Below, in pieces: positions 1 to 9,501 of a DNA stretch of 64,000 nucleotides. The stretch covers positions 3,358 through 67,357 of the forward strand of contig DHFX01000001.1 in the NCBI GenBank assembly GCA_002402455.1, in the 5' to 3' direction. The position numbers were made by a program, and so were the translations under genes. The DNA is from Candidatus Dojkabacteria bacterium UBA4813. GTDB taxonomy: Bacteria > Patescibacteriota > Dojkabacteria > SC72. The notes under the pieces were generated by a model. It was not told the origin of the DNA and made no database searches. It was given only the letters and a program-made list of their open reading frames with translations. Each line of letters starts with the position of its first letter. The stretch's first letter is position 1.

Positions 1-724
1 TTTTGAAGCTAAGCAGTACATTCCTATGCCTCTTAATGAGGTTCAACTTAGTTATGTTCCAATAGGTTTTAATGCCGAGAAAAATGCACCTAGAGTTTTA
101 GTTGTTGCTGCACCTCGTAAGGTTATTGATATCTATATAAACATTGCTATGGACGTTGGTTTGGATTTGATGGCGATAGAGACAGAATCTGTTGCTGTCG
201 GTAGAACGATGTATAAATCTACTGGGAAAAAGAATCTTGTAATGTTAGACTTTGGAGCAAATAGTACAGATATGAGTATTCTTTCTGAGGGGTATCTTGT
301 TTTCTCGCAGAGTATCGCAATAGGCTCTGACGCTCTAACACAGGCTATAATGAATAAATTTGGGTTCCAATACCAGAGAGCGGAAGAATTCAAGAGAAAT
401 TATGGGGTCGCAGAAGGAGTACTTGAAGGGAAAATATATGGAGTTCTTGCCCCAATACTCGAATCGGTAATGGTTGAGGTCAGAAGAGGTGTAGAGTTTT
501 ATAAGAATAGAACTCTTTCCATCGCTCCTTCGGACTACTTGCTAAGTGGAGATGGTGCTCTTCTTCCCGGTCTTACAGAGTATGTTTCTAAGAGTTTGGG
601 AGTACAAGCATCTGTTGCAAATCCTTGGAGAAATATCTCCGTGGACGATAAATTTAAAGATATTGTTGAAAAGAGTGGGCCCTCCTACTCTATCGCAATA
701 GGTTTAGCATTAAAGGATGAGTAG
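1..724 (+). CDS. pilM: Type IV pilus assembly protein PilM (actin-like), 5'-truncated by window edge
   Basis: Frame is open from nt 2 (FEAKQYIPMP, cf. PilM EAxQYIP). Motifs VLVVAAP, LDFGANST, LSGDGALLPGL, ANPW, IAIGLAL. Followed by PilN/PilO-like genes. Confidence 0.9.
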   Translation, partial: FEAKQYIPMPLNEVQLSYVPIGFNAEKNAPRVLVVAAPRKVIDIYINIAMDVGLDLMAIETESVAVGRTMYKSTGKKNLVMLDFGANSTDMSILSEGYLVFSQSIAIGSDALTQAIMNKFGFQYQRAEEFKRNYGVAEGVLEGKIYGVLAPILESVMVEVRRGVEFYKNRTLSIAPSDYLLSGDGALLPGLTEYVSKSLGVQASVANPWRNISVDDKFKDIVEKSGPSYSIAIGLALKDE

Positions 725-1448
725 AGACATAGAAAGTACAAATAAAACAAATTCTTCTGATCAAGAAGAAAGCTCTTTACAGAGAGAGCCCTTGTCAAAA
801 GTTGAAACCATTCTCGAAACAGCCACTAGTGTGAAGAAAAAAACAAAGAAAGAAGAGAAAGGAAAGGAAAGTGTTGCTCCTTCAACAATTGTAGAGGAAG
901 CAGGGGTAAATCTAATCCCTACAATGACAGAAATCGAAATAAAGACTGAGGAGAAGAAGAAGAGAGTTAATACAGGCTCGTTAATAAGTCTTTCTTTACT
1001 TCTTTCTGTTAGTATTCTCACAATAGGGTTTAACATAATCTCTAGGATGCAGCTAGATTCAGAGAAAAGTAAACTTGCGGAAGTAGAAAAAAGAGTTATG
1101 GAATATTCTTACATTACCTCCGGGAATATAGAGATATTAGAGAGAATATTTCTTTTTAAAGATATCCAAGAGGGAAAGATACCAACTCGGCGTATAATAG
1201 AGGAATTGCGAAGCGTGGCAAACACAAGTGGAAATAATGTAATAAACAGCTTCGCTTTTCCGGGAGGGCAATCTTTTGAGATAAGTGGAGATGCTTCTAG
1301 TTTAGAGGATGTTGCAAAGTTTTGGTATTTGATGGATAACCATGAGAAGTTTGAAGATGTTAAATTAAGATCCTTCTCCGGAAGTGGTGGTAAGGCTAGT
1401 TATAGTTTTACTGGGAAACTTAATCTTGAAGAGTTTGTTCAAGAGTAA
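717..1448 (+). CDS. pilN: PilN-like pilus alignment protein with long charged N-terminal extension
   Basis: VNLIP motif, one TM segment, coiled coil, C-terminal ISGDA...VAKF...FEDVKL pattern; overlaps the pilM stop. Confidence 0.7.
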   Translation: MSRDIESTNKTNSSDQEESSLQREPLSKVETILETATSVKKKTKKEEKGKESVAPSTIVEEAGVNLIPTMTEIEIKTEEKKKRVNTGSLISLSLLLSVSILTIGFNIISRMQLDSEKSKLAEVEKRVMEYSYITSGNIEILERIFLFKDIQEGKIPTRRIIEELRSVANTSGNNVINSFAFPGGQSFEISGDASSLEDVAKFWYLMDNHEKFEDVKLRSFSGSGGKASYSFTGKLNLEEFVQE

Positions 1449-1471
1449 TATTAGAATTTTAAAAAATAAAA

Positions 1472-2197
1472 ATGGCTGTTACACCGAATATAAAACCGAG
1501 CAAAACGAAAAGAGAGATAGAAGGTTTAAGTGAGAAGATTAAGGAAACAAGATTGACGGTTAAAGATCTTGTTGTACCATTATCTATTCTTCTAATTCTT
1601 GTGCTTCTTGTTATTTTTGTTTTTATTCCTATGGTTAAAACAGCAATATCTTCTAGAGGTGAATATACTACAATTAAAGGAAGGAGAGAAGAACTGGAGA
1701 TTGTTGAGGGGAAGCTTAAGGAGATAGATGAGGCAACTCTACAGACTGACTTAATAAATGCTAAAAAGGTTATTCCACAAACTCTCAGAGTTGCAAGCTT
1801 TATGTCATATATAGATAACTTAGCAAGGGAAAAGCAACTCTCTTCGGATAGTCTTACTGCAGGGGACAGCCAGACTTCAGTTATAAGAAAGGGAGAGGAA
1901 GAGGGTGAGAGAAGAGTTTATTTTGGTGTTAGTAGTCCATTGAATTATGAGGGAGAACTTAGTAATATTTTGACCTTTTTAGACACCCTTTATGAGGCTT
2001 CTCCATATGTTATATCTGTTTCGGGTGTAGAACTAAGAAAAGGAGCTGGGGATAAATGGACAGTCGATCTTCATGTAATGGGATATTATGTGCCAGAATC
2101 TACTATGGAAGCGAATATATATAAAAACTTTGAGTCCTACTTAGAATACCAAGATGTTGTAGATGCTTTTTCTCAAAAAGCAGCTCAACTCAAATAG
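1472..2197 (+). CDS. pilO: PilO-like pilus alignment protein
   Basis: TM plus coiled coil plus EGELSNILTFLDTL...VISVSGV pattern; third gene of a pilMNO run. Confidence 0.7.
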   Translation: MAVTPNIKPSKTKREIEGLSEKIKETRLTVKDLVVPLSILLILVLLVIFVFIPMVKTAISSRGEYTTIKGRREELEIVEGKLKEIDEATLQTDLINAKKVIPQTLRVASFMSYIDNLAREKQLSSDSLTAGDSQTSVIRKGEEEGERRVYFGVSSPLNYEGELSNILTFLDTLYEASPYVISVSGVELRKGAGDKWTVDLHVMGYYVPESTMEANIYKNFESYLEYQDVVDAFSQKAAQLK

Positions 2198-2242
2198 AGA
2201 TAGAGAAAGTAATTTTGTCCGAGAAAACAGTAGTGTTATATT

Positions 2243-2560
2243 TTAAATTTCTTCATCTACTAACATTCCGTCGGTGTTTTCGGTGCTTCCACTGGAACTC
2301 TGTTCATGATGACCACGATTGTCGTCTTTTATTAGAACTTTAACCCTTTTATCATTTCTTATTGCGTTTATGGTGATTAAGTCCCTAATGGAGTTTATTG
2401 TTCTGCCTCTTCTTCCAATAATAACGCCCTTATCTTCCTCTGCAACGCTTATCGTAAGAATTGTAAGACCTGGGAAATCAACACTTTCTTTCTCCTCAAT
2501 ACTTACAGCCTCCGGATTATTTACTATTGCCTTTACAATATGTTCTAAAAGTTCCTTCAT
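2243..2560 (-). CDS. khpA: KH-domain RNA-binding protein KhpA (YlqC family)
   Basis: MKELLEHIVKAIV...DKGVIIGRRGRTINSIR; directly downstream of rpsP. Confidence 0.9.
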   Translation of the reverse strand: MKELLEHIVKAIVNNPEAVSIEEKESVDFPGLTILTISVAEEDKGVIIGRRGRTINSIRDLITINAIRNDKRVKVLIKDDNRGHHEQSSSGSTENTDGMLVDEEI

Positions 2561-2599
2561 ATTTAATATATATGTTTAATATTTTATTGAAACATTATA

Positions 2600-2902
2600 C
2601 TACTCTTTCTCGACATTTGTCTTCTTTTCAGTAGAGGGCTTAGTAGAACCTCTTTTCAAGCTTTTAAGAAGACCTTCCTTTACAAAATATTGGGCAACAG
2701 TATCTGTAGGCTGGGCACCTCTAGATAACCAATATCCTGCTCTCTCTTTGTCAATGTCAAAGGTAGAAGGTTTATTTTGGGGGTTGTAATAGCCGATCTC
2801 TTCCACAGTTTTCCCGTCCCTAGGTTTACTAGCTTCACAAACAACTATCCTATAATGAGGTTGTCCTCTTCTTCCTGTTCTTTTTAGTCTTATCTTTAAC
2901 AT
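2600..2902 (-). CDS. rpsP: 30S ribosomal protein S16
   Basis: MLKIRLKRTGRRGQPHYRIVV...GAQPTDTV. Start moved to the ATG at 2902, which follows a TGA-TAGAAT -10-like box. Confidence 0.97.
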   Translation of the reverse strand: MLKIRLKRTGRRGQPHYRIVVCEASKPRDGKTVEEIGYYNPQNKPSTFDIDKERAGYWLSRGAQPTDTVAQYFVKEGLLKSLKRGSTKPSTEKKTNVEKE

Positions 2903-2948
2903 GGTGTTGAATTCTATCAAATCAAATAATTTAATTCAAGAATAATGG

Positions 2949-3638
2949 TTAACTCTCTAATTCTTTGATGCACTTCCTTGCAGCGTCTTCCTCAGCTTTC
3001 TGTTTACTTATTCCTGTACCTTTAGTCATTACCTTTTTGCCAACCTTCAAACCTACGGTAAAAGTTTTATCGTGATCAGGACCCTGCTCTTTTATAAGAG
3101 TATATGTTGGGGTAACTTTGTATTTAGCTTGAATCAACTCTTGTACTCTTGTCTTAGGGTCTATGAATAATTCCTGATTTACTACTCTACTAACTTTTTT
3201 TAGAACTGTCCTTCTCACAAACTCTCTACAAACGTCCAGACCCTGATCCAGATAAACTGCTCCTAAGATTGCTTCATAAAGATTGGCAAGAATAAAGTCT
3301 TTATCTTTTCCCCCAGATTCTTCTTCTCCTTTGGACATAAGTATGTTCTCCCCTATTCCTAAGAGTCTTGATTCCTGTGCTAAACTCTCTGTTCTAACCA
3401 GAGCAGATCTTATTGCAGTTAATTCTCCCTCAGGTTTTTGGGGATACTTCATGAATAGTTCGGAGGAAATTATTAATTCCAAAACCGCATCACCTAGAAA
3501 CTCAAACCTCTCGTTATTCTTTAAATTCATCCCTCTATGCTCATTAAGATACGACCTGTGAGTAAGTGCTGTTTGCAATAATTTGGGATCTTTGAACGTT
3601 ATTCCTAATTTTTCTTCTATTTTCTTCTTATCTTTCAT
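2949..3638 (-). CDS. rnc: Ribonuclease III
   Basis: ALTHRSY, NERFEFLGDAVL, C-terminal dsRBD (DPKTRVQE...GPDHDK...AEEDAA). Alternative GTG start at 3656. Confidence 0.97.
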   Translation of the reverse strand: MKDKKKIEEKLGITFKDPKLLQTALTHRSYLNEHRGMNLKNNERFEFLGDAVLELIISSELFMKYPQKPEGELTAIRSALVRTESLAQESRLLGIGENILMSKGEEESGGKDKDFILANLYEAILGAVYLDQGLDVCREFVRRTVLKKVSRVVNQELFIDPKTRVQELIQAKYKVTPTYTLIKEQGPDHDKTFTVGLKVGKKVMTKGTGISKQKAEEDAARKCIKELES

Positions 3639-4089
3639 CTTTCTTATTTTTGTCACCGTTATCTTTCTTTTGTTGCTCGTAAATAGCTCCTAAAACACCA
3701 TTTACAAATTTGCTGTTTATCTCTCCTCCAAAATCTTTTGCTACTTCTATAGCTTCATCAATTGCAACTTTTGGGGGGGTTATCATTCCTACGAATCCTT
3801 CGTAAATAGCCATTCTAAGGATTTGTAGGTCAACCAGTTTCATCTGATCTATAGGCCATTGTGGAGCGTATTTTTGTATAAGTGTATCTATTTCTTCTTT
3901 TTTTTCGACTACTCCATCTAAGATTTTTTTATAAAGATCTTTGTCATATTCGGTTATTTTATCTAATTCTAATAACTCTTTTATGGGAATATCCTCCGTC
4001 TTAATATCTCCCTTTTTGAAATATTTCGAGAAAAGTTCTTGAAGGACTAATATCCTAGCTTGATGTCTTGGATCTGTAGACCTTTTCAT
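3628..4089 (-). CDS. nusB: Transcription antitermination factor NusB
   Basis: RHQARILVLQEL, ILRMAIYE, KVAIDEAIEVAK, FVNGVLG. Confidence 0.96.
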   Translation of the reverse strand: MKRSTDPRHQARILVLQELFSKYFKKGDIKTEDIPIKELLELDKITEYDKDLYKKILDGVVEKKEEIDTLIQKYAPQWPIDQMKLVDLQILRMAIYEGFVGMITPPKVAIDEAIEVAKDFGGEINSKFVNGVLGAIYEQQKKDNGDKNKKDER

Positions 4090-4103
4090 ACGTCTCTGTT
4101 ATT

Positions 4104-4268
4104 TTACTTAGATTTATTGTAGTAACCACAATACTCGCATTCAAAGTGACTCCTTTTTACAGTACCACATTTAGGACACTTGGTAATAGATTCTATTTTG
4201 ATAGCATTATGTGCTCTTCTTCTACCCTTCCTACCTTTTGATATTCTTCTTTTCGGTACTGCTCCCAT
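4104..4268 (-). CDS. rpmF: 50S ribosomal protein L32 (54 aa, Zn-ribbon type), absent from ORF track
   Basis: Manual translation MGAVPKRRISKGRKGRRRAHNAIKIESITKCPKCGTVKRSHFECEYCGYYNKSK*. Confidence 0.97.
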   Translation of the reverse strand: MGAVPKRRISKGRKGRRRAHNAIKIESITKCPKCGTVKRSHFECEYCGYYNKSK

Positions 4269-4345
4269 GATTTTTTTATTAATATGTTATAGCTTGGCCA
4301 TTATATCACATTTGTTTTAAGATGCCATATTTATTAGAAATGTTT

Positions 4346-7063
4346 TTATATTATCCAACCTTCTTTAATTTCTACTTCTTCTCCCGGCTCTATTTCTTGT
4401 TCGATTATCCCCTTTGCAATCTGTCCCTCTATTTTATCTTGTATGTACCTTTTCATTGGTCTTGCACCAAGTCCGGGTTCGTTTGCTTTATTTGCAATAA
4501 GCATGGGGATTTGTTCAGACCAGTTCAGACTAATGTTTTTATCCCTCAAGCGAGCTGCCAAGTCATTGAGAAGAAGGATTGCTATCTGTGCAAGATTGCT
4601 AAGATTATGAGGATGGAAGACGATTATTTGATCGAACCTATTGATTAATTCAATTCTAAGAGATTGTCTTACTTCTAGAAGAACTCTCTCCTTTACTTCG
4701 TTCCATAAAGTATTTCCTTTTTCTAGTGTGTCTAGAATCATCTTACTTCCGATATTACTTGTACATATAATTATTGTATGTGTAAAGTCGATGGTTTCTC
4801 CTTGCGTGCTTGTTAGCCTACCTTCGTCAAATATCTGCAGGAAAAGATCTAATATACTGGGATTTGCCTTTTCTATTTCGTCAAAGAGGACAACTGTGTA
4901 GGGATTGTTTTTTACCCTGTCAATCAGGCTAATTGAGGATTGTCCGAATCCGCTTTCGGAGGAAGAACCTAAGAATTTTTCTATACTCTGTGTATCCTGG
5001 AACTCTGACATATCGACTCTTACAATTGTTTCTTCTTTCCCAAAATACTCTTCTCCTACAACCTTTGCTAGGTGTGTTTTACCAACTCCTGTAGGACCAA
5101 CGAATAAGAACACCCCAATAGGTTTTTTAGTGTCTCTTACATCTGTTCTAGCCCTCCTGAGGGATTCTGTTATGGCTGTTACTGCTTCATCCTGTCCTAT
5201 TACCCTTTTTCTAATGTTTTCTTCAAGCTTTATTAACTTGTTACTCTCTTCTTGGTTTATTTCTCCCACAGATATATTTGTTTTAATAGAAACAGTTTTT
5301 GAGATATGTTCGGCCGTTAATTTCCCAACACTGTTTGCTTGAGCCCATGCACAAGCAGCCTCTATTGTTTGCACAGCACTACTGGGCAATTTTCTGTCTG
5401 TTATATACCTCTGAGAAAGTTCGACAGAAGCGAACAACGCAGGAAAGGTTATGAAGCATCCAAAGTTTTTTTCAAGAGAAGGAATTTTACTCTCAAGGAT
5501 TGTTAAAGTGTCTTTTGGTGAGATCTCTTTAACCTCTATATTTGTAAAACTTTGCCTTAACGTTTCGTTACTGTAGAAATACCTCTTGTAGTCTCTATAA
5601 TTAGTTGTTCCCACAATTGGGAATTTACTGTCTATGATATAAGGCATTATCATTCCGGCAATTGAACTATTAGATTCTTGGGCTTTTCTGGGGATTATCT
5701 CTTGCATCTCATCTATGTAAAGGATTGTGTTCCCGGCTTTTTCTAACTCCTGAAATGCCTTTATAAGGAGTTCCTCTAGGTTCTTTTCTCTGTGAGCTTT
5801 AGCTATTAGGCTATTGATATCTAGTTGGATAATTCTTTTGTTTTTTAATTGCTCAGGCACATTCCCAGAGTTAATCTTTTGAGCAAGTCCTAAAACTAGA
5901 CTAGACTTCCCTACCCCGGGTTCTCCTATAAAAAGTGCGTTTTTATTAGATAACTTCCCCAGGGTAGCAATTAAAAGCTCTATTTCGTCGTCATGTCCTA
6001 TCCCAAAGATATCCCTTGATTCCGCAACCTCCTCGTTTATATCTTTGCTGAACTGACTTAAAATAAAGGTGTAGCCATACACCCAGTTTTTTGCAATACC
6101 ACCTTTTTTGTAATAAGGAATGTCTGGATTAAAGTATTTTGTTCTGTTCCTCCGGTAGATAATTTCGTTGTTGTAAGTGGTTACCTCTCTAAGGATCTCA
6201 ATATTTATCTGGTTTTTGCGTAAAAACTTCTCTATTGTCGGGAAAATTCTGCTAAGAGCGAGAAAAAGGTGTTGTGGCTGAATCTCTTTACTGTTTGTAA
6301 GAAGTGCCTCCTCAAGGGTGTAGGTTAATATGCTTCTTAGTGCAGTAGTTGGATAGTCAGGCACTGTTTGTTCATTTACTCCAGCTTCATTTAGGATCTT
6401 TGGATTTATCTCTATCCCCGTTCTTCTAATTATTTGTCCTACTTCGAAGTTTGAGTCTATTAGATGATTGTATAAAGAAAGAGTTTTGAAAGAGTCTTCC
6501 TTAGTAAATAAACAGAGCAATTCCAAACTCTCTTCAGTCAAGAAATTAATTGTTTCTAAGTGAGCATACCTTCCAAACTTAAAACCGCTTGCCCTTATTT
6601 CGTCTATATCTCTCTGTGTAATTTTACTGGGTTTGGGCAATTTAATTGGATGGCTCTTCTCTTCGTAGAAGTCGTGCCACAAGATTATTACGCTTAGGAT
6701 TGAAATTCCAAAGAGAAGATCTGTTAAGTTGGAGTCTAAAAGAGAGAGGATGTTTGGGAATGAGTTTAGGACTGTAGAATATTTAAGAACTAATGCAAAG
6801 GCAATTATTAATCCTGGGATCAGAAGGACATTTGCAAGAAGTCGTTTTTTGTCATTAAAGTTCTTATACCTTAAGAAGTTATTAAGAACAGCTTCGATTT
6901 GTGGCATTGTAATAGTGAAGAAATGATCCCTAGTAGTTGTGAAGATGGAGACATTGTCGTCCTCAAATATAGGGTACTTATCCTCTATAATTCCAAATTC
7001 GTTTTTGTCTTTTCTATGGAATCCTGCAATGATTTTGTTTTTGGTGTCAAATTCTAAGGACAT
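4346..7063 (-). CDS. Clp/Hsp100-family double-AAA+ ATPase with N-terminal transmembrane region
   Basis: Walker A/B motifs GEPGVGKS/ILYIDE and GPTGVGKT/VVLFDEIEKA, plus VIGQDEAV, RVDMSEF, GARPM; two hydrophobic segments near aa 75-128. Confidence 0.9.
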   Translation of the reverse strand: MSLEFDTKNKIIAGFHRKDKNEFGIIEDKYPIFEDDNVSIFTTTRDHFFTITMPQIEAVLNNFLRYKNFNDKKRLLANVLLIPGLIIAFALVLKYSTVLNSFPNILSLLDSNLTDLLFGISILSVIILWHDFYEEKSHPIKLPKPSKITQRDIDEIRASGFKFGRYAHLETINFLTEESLELLCLFTKEDSFKTLSLYNHLIDSNFEVGQIIRRTGIEINPKILNEAGVNEQTVPDYPTTALRSILTYTLEEALLTNSKEIQPQHLFLALSRIFPTIEKFLRKNQINIEILREVTTYNNEIIYRRNRTKYFNPDIPYYKKGGIAKNWVYGYTFILSQFSKDINEEVAESRDIFGIGHDDEIELLIATLGKLSNKNALFIGEPGVGKSSLVLGLAQKINSGNVPEQLKNKRIIQLDINSLIAKAHREKNLEELLIKAFQELEKAGNTILYIDEMQEIIPRKAQESNSSIAGMIMPYIIDSKFPIVGTTNYRDYKRYFYSNETLRQSFTNIEVKEISPKDTLTILESKIPSLEKNFGCFITFPALFASVELSQRYITDRKLPSSAVQTIEAACAWAQANSVGKLTAEHISKTVSIKTNISVGEINQEESNKLIKLEENIRKRVIGQDEAVTAITESLRRARTDVRDTKKPIGVFLFVGPTGVGKTHLAKVVGEEYFGKEETIVRVDMSEFQDTQSIEKFLGSSSESGFGQSSISLIDRVKNNPYTVVLFDEIEKANPSILDLFLQIFDEGRLTSTQGETIDFTHTIIICTSNIGSKMILDTLEKGNTLWNEVKERVLLEVRQSLRIELINRFDQIIVFHPHNLSNLAQIAILLLNDLAARLRDKNISLNWSEQIPMLIANKANEPGLGARPMKRYIQDKIEGQIAKGIIEQEIEPGEEVEIKEGWII

Positions 7064-7073
7064 TTCTAAGTTT

Positions 7074-7529
7074 TTAAGTTAAGGAATTAAAAAAAGATAA
7101 AATTATGAAAACTAGTGAGCCTATTGGAAGTAATAACCAGAAGATCAAGAATGCTAGATAGAAACTAACGCAGAGAAAGTAGATAAACATTGCAATAGGA
7201 AGATACAGAAGCTTCATGATTATCCCAAATATGTACCCTATTACTGAATAGTCTCTATGCCATGGGAGGAAGAAATTTTTAAGGAGCAGAGATATAGAGA
7301 ATTGGTCATCAACAACAACACTAAGTCTCACTAATCTTCTTAGGTGCCATATCGGCATTTTTACATACCACCAGTTTAAAAAATCCTGAACTGTAAAGAA
7401 AAAGATAGTGAGGTACGAGTCAATTTTAATTTCATTTAAAGATTGTTGACCGGAGTTGTCAATTAGGGCGTTTTTTGTTTCCATTTTAGGCAGTTTTAAT
7501 CTACTGTTTAAGTTTATTTTAAACGACAA
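7074..7529 (-). CDS. Hypothetical membrane protein co-transcribed with the Clp-like ATPase
   Basis: WWY...FSISLLLKNFFLPWHRD followed by a long hydrophobic C-terminus; ends 10 nt before the ATPase start. Start is TTG 7529 or ATG 7484. Confidence 0.75.
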   Translation of the reverse strand: MSFKINLNSRLKLPKMETKNALIDNSGQQSLNEIKIDSYLTIFFFTVQDFLNWWYVKMPIWHLRRLVRLSVVVDDQFSISLLLKNFFLPWHRDYSVIGYIFGIIMKLLYLPIAMFIYFLCVSFYLAFLIFWLLLPIGSLVFIILSFFNSLT

Positions 7530-7589
7530 GATATGTAAAGGGGTTCGTCTTTGTGGTTTTTTGGTTTTTGCTATGTGTTAAAATGAGTC

Positions 7590-8546
7590 ATGAACCTTTA
7601 TGAAAAGATAAAAAGGAAGAAAGGATACATATCCGCTCTGGCACCTATGGAAGGTGTCACAGACACGATCTTTAGACAGATCCTTTGTGATATTGGTAGA
7701 CCGGATCTCTTTTTTACAGAATTCCTTAATGTAGAGGGTTTTTGTTCTAAGGGAAGAGAGAGGGTAATACACAGATTGGATTTTTCAAAGAGGGAGAAGC
7801 CAATAATTGTCCAATTGTGGGGAAATACCCCCGAAGATTATGTGGAAACTCTTAAATATGTCAAAAAGCTCAGACCGGATGGTATAGATATTAATATTGG
7901 TTGCTCGGTAAGAGATGTTTTATCTAGTGGTCAATGTTCTGCCTTAATAAAGGAAAAGGACTTAGTAAAAGAGATAATCGAAGCTGTTCGGAAGGCTTGT
8001 GGAGGTCTTCCTGTTAGTGTGAAGACAAGATTAGGTTATGATGAAGTGGATGTAGAAGGTTGGATAGGTTTTCTTTTAACGTTAAATCTGGACCTTATTA
8101 CAATTCACGGTAGAATTTCAAAAGAGGGCTACTCTACTCCATCCAGATGGGATGAGATAGCAAAATGTGTTAAATTAAAGGATAAAATTTCTCCAAGTAC
8201 TTTAATTATCGGAAATGGGGATATTAAATCTCTTAAACAAGGAAAGGACCATGTAGAAAAGTATGGTACGGACGGCTTTATGGTTGCAAGGGGTATAATG
8301 GACAACCCGTGGTTATTCTCAGGTAGAAAGCTAGAGAGGGTTTCTTCCAAGGAGAAGAAAGATGTTCTCTTGAAACACCTTCTGCTTTTTGATAAAACTT
8401 GGAGAGGGACAAAACCTTTTAATAGTCAGAAGAAATATATTAAAGCATATGTTTCTGGATTTGATGGAGCAAGTGAATTAAGAAAGAATTTAATGGGGGT
8501 AGGTACTACTAAGGAGGTAGTCAAGATTTTAAATAAATTTTATTAG
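7590..8546 (+). CDS. dus: tRNA-dihydrouridine synthase
   Basis: LAPMEGVTD, DINIGC, SVKTRLG, TIHGR, GNGDI, GFMVARG. Confidence 0.93.
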   Translation: MNLYEKIKRKKGYISALAPMEGVTDTIFRQILCDIGRPDLFFTEFLNVEGFCSKGRERVIHRLDFSKREKPIIVQLWGNTPEDYVETLKYVKKLRPDGIDINIGCSVRDVLSSGQCSALIKEKDLVKEIIEAVRKACGGLPVSVKTRLGYDEVDVEGWIGFLLTLNLDLITIHGRISKEGYSTPSRWDEIAKCVKLKDKISPSTLIIGNGDIKSLKQGKDHVEKYGTDGFMVARGIMDNPWLFSGRKLERVSSKEKKDVLLKHLLLFDKTWRGTKPFNSQKKYIKAYVSGFDGASELRKNLMGVGTTKEVVKILNKFY

Positions 8547-8558
8547 AATCTGTTTATT

Positions 8559-9245
8559 ATGAGTGTAATAGAAGGAGAAGTGAGGGAAACCCCTTTCGGG
8601 AGGAAATTTCCGCTCGAGAGTGAGAGAGAGATAGAGGGAAAAGAGAGTGTAAGCTATGAAGCAATAGAAGTCTATTCGTTTCCTCAAGCCGTAGACCGGA
8701 TACTTTCTGAAAGTGATACGGGGCAGAGTTTCTGCTTTGTGGATTTTGACCAGACTCTAACGGGAGCAGATCTTAGAAACGTGAGAGACCCTCAAATATC
8801 CGAAGAAGTTAAGGATTCCTTTAATAAGCTTTTGAGAAAGTTTTCTCCAGGAAAGTTGTGTATTACAACTAACAGGGGTTATGGCTCTAGTATCTTGGGG
8901 AATTTGGTTTTTAGAACAAATAAAGCTTTGGATAAAATAACAGAATTCTTGGAGGAATCCAATTACCCAGGGACAGTTCCGATATTTCTTGGTTTAGAAA
9001 AACAGGTCCCCAACCTCAAGACTAATGGAAGAGTTGAACTGGTTAACCATCTTGTGGATTTGATTATTAACAGTGATTTTGAAGGGCATATAGACTTCTA
9101 TGTAATTGAGGATTCCTCCTTGCTCGGTCTGGACAGGAGTGTATTTCCCAAGGAGATAGCAAAGGATGTTCATAAGAAAGTTAAAGAAAAGTCCCATGGA
9201 GAGATAACAATTGGGATTAAGGACTATGTCCTAAAACATGGGTAG
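8559..9245 (+). CDS. Hypothetical protein, probable HAD-superfamily hydrolase
   Basis: FVDFDQTL (DxD motif I), ITTNR (motif II), IEDS (motif IV-like). Confidence 0.5.
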   Translation: MSVIEGEVRETPFGRKFPLESEREIEGKESVSYEAIEVYSFPQAVDRILSESDTGQSFCFVDFDQTLTGADLRNVRDPQISEEVKDSFNKLLRKFSPGKLCITTNRGYGSSILGNLVFRTNKALDKITEFLEESNYPGTVPIFLGLEKQVPNLKTNGRVELVNHLVDLIINSDFEGHIDFYVIEDSSLLGLDRSVFPKEIAKDVHKKVKEKSHGEITIGIKDYVLKHG

Positions 9246-9248
9246 AAA

Positions 9249-9322
9249 TGGGCGATACAGGGCTTGAACCTGTGACCTCCACAATGTCAATGTGACGCTC
9301 TGGCCAGCTGAGCTAATCGCCC
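9249..9322 (-). tRNA. tRNA-Val(GAC), CCA not encoded
   Basis: GGGCGATTAGCTCAGCTGGCCAGAGCG-TCACA-TT-GAC-AT-TGTGG-AGGTCACAGGTTCAAGCCCTGTATCGCCCA. Confidence 0.97.
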
Positions 9323-9386
9323 ACAAGATTAGTCTGAATTATATTTCCTTTACAAACCTTTTTCAACTTTTTATAATTTCCAAACT

Positions 9387-9500
9387 ATGCGAATGAGAGA
9401 AAAGAAATTAACAGAGAAGGAGAAAGAATTTCTAAAAAAGGTCTTTGATAGAACCATGGCTCAGTACAAGGAAGCCCTAATTAAGTTGCAGAATAGCTAA
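9387..9500 (+). CDS. Putative 37-aa antitoxin for Doc, absent from ORF track
   Basis: MRMREKKLTEKEKEFLKKVFDRTMAQYKEALIKLQNS*; stops 1 nt before the doc ATG; TATAAT upstream at 9372-9377. Confidence 0.75.
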   Translation: MRMREKKLTEKEKEFLKKVFDRTMAQYKEALIKLQNS

Positions 9501-9501
9501 A

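Noticed and set aside
4322-5342. Plus-strand ORFs 4322..4648, 4641..4901 and 4905..5342
   Set aside because: Antisense shadows of the Clp-like ATPase with no recognisable motifs
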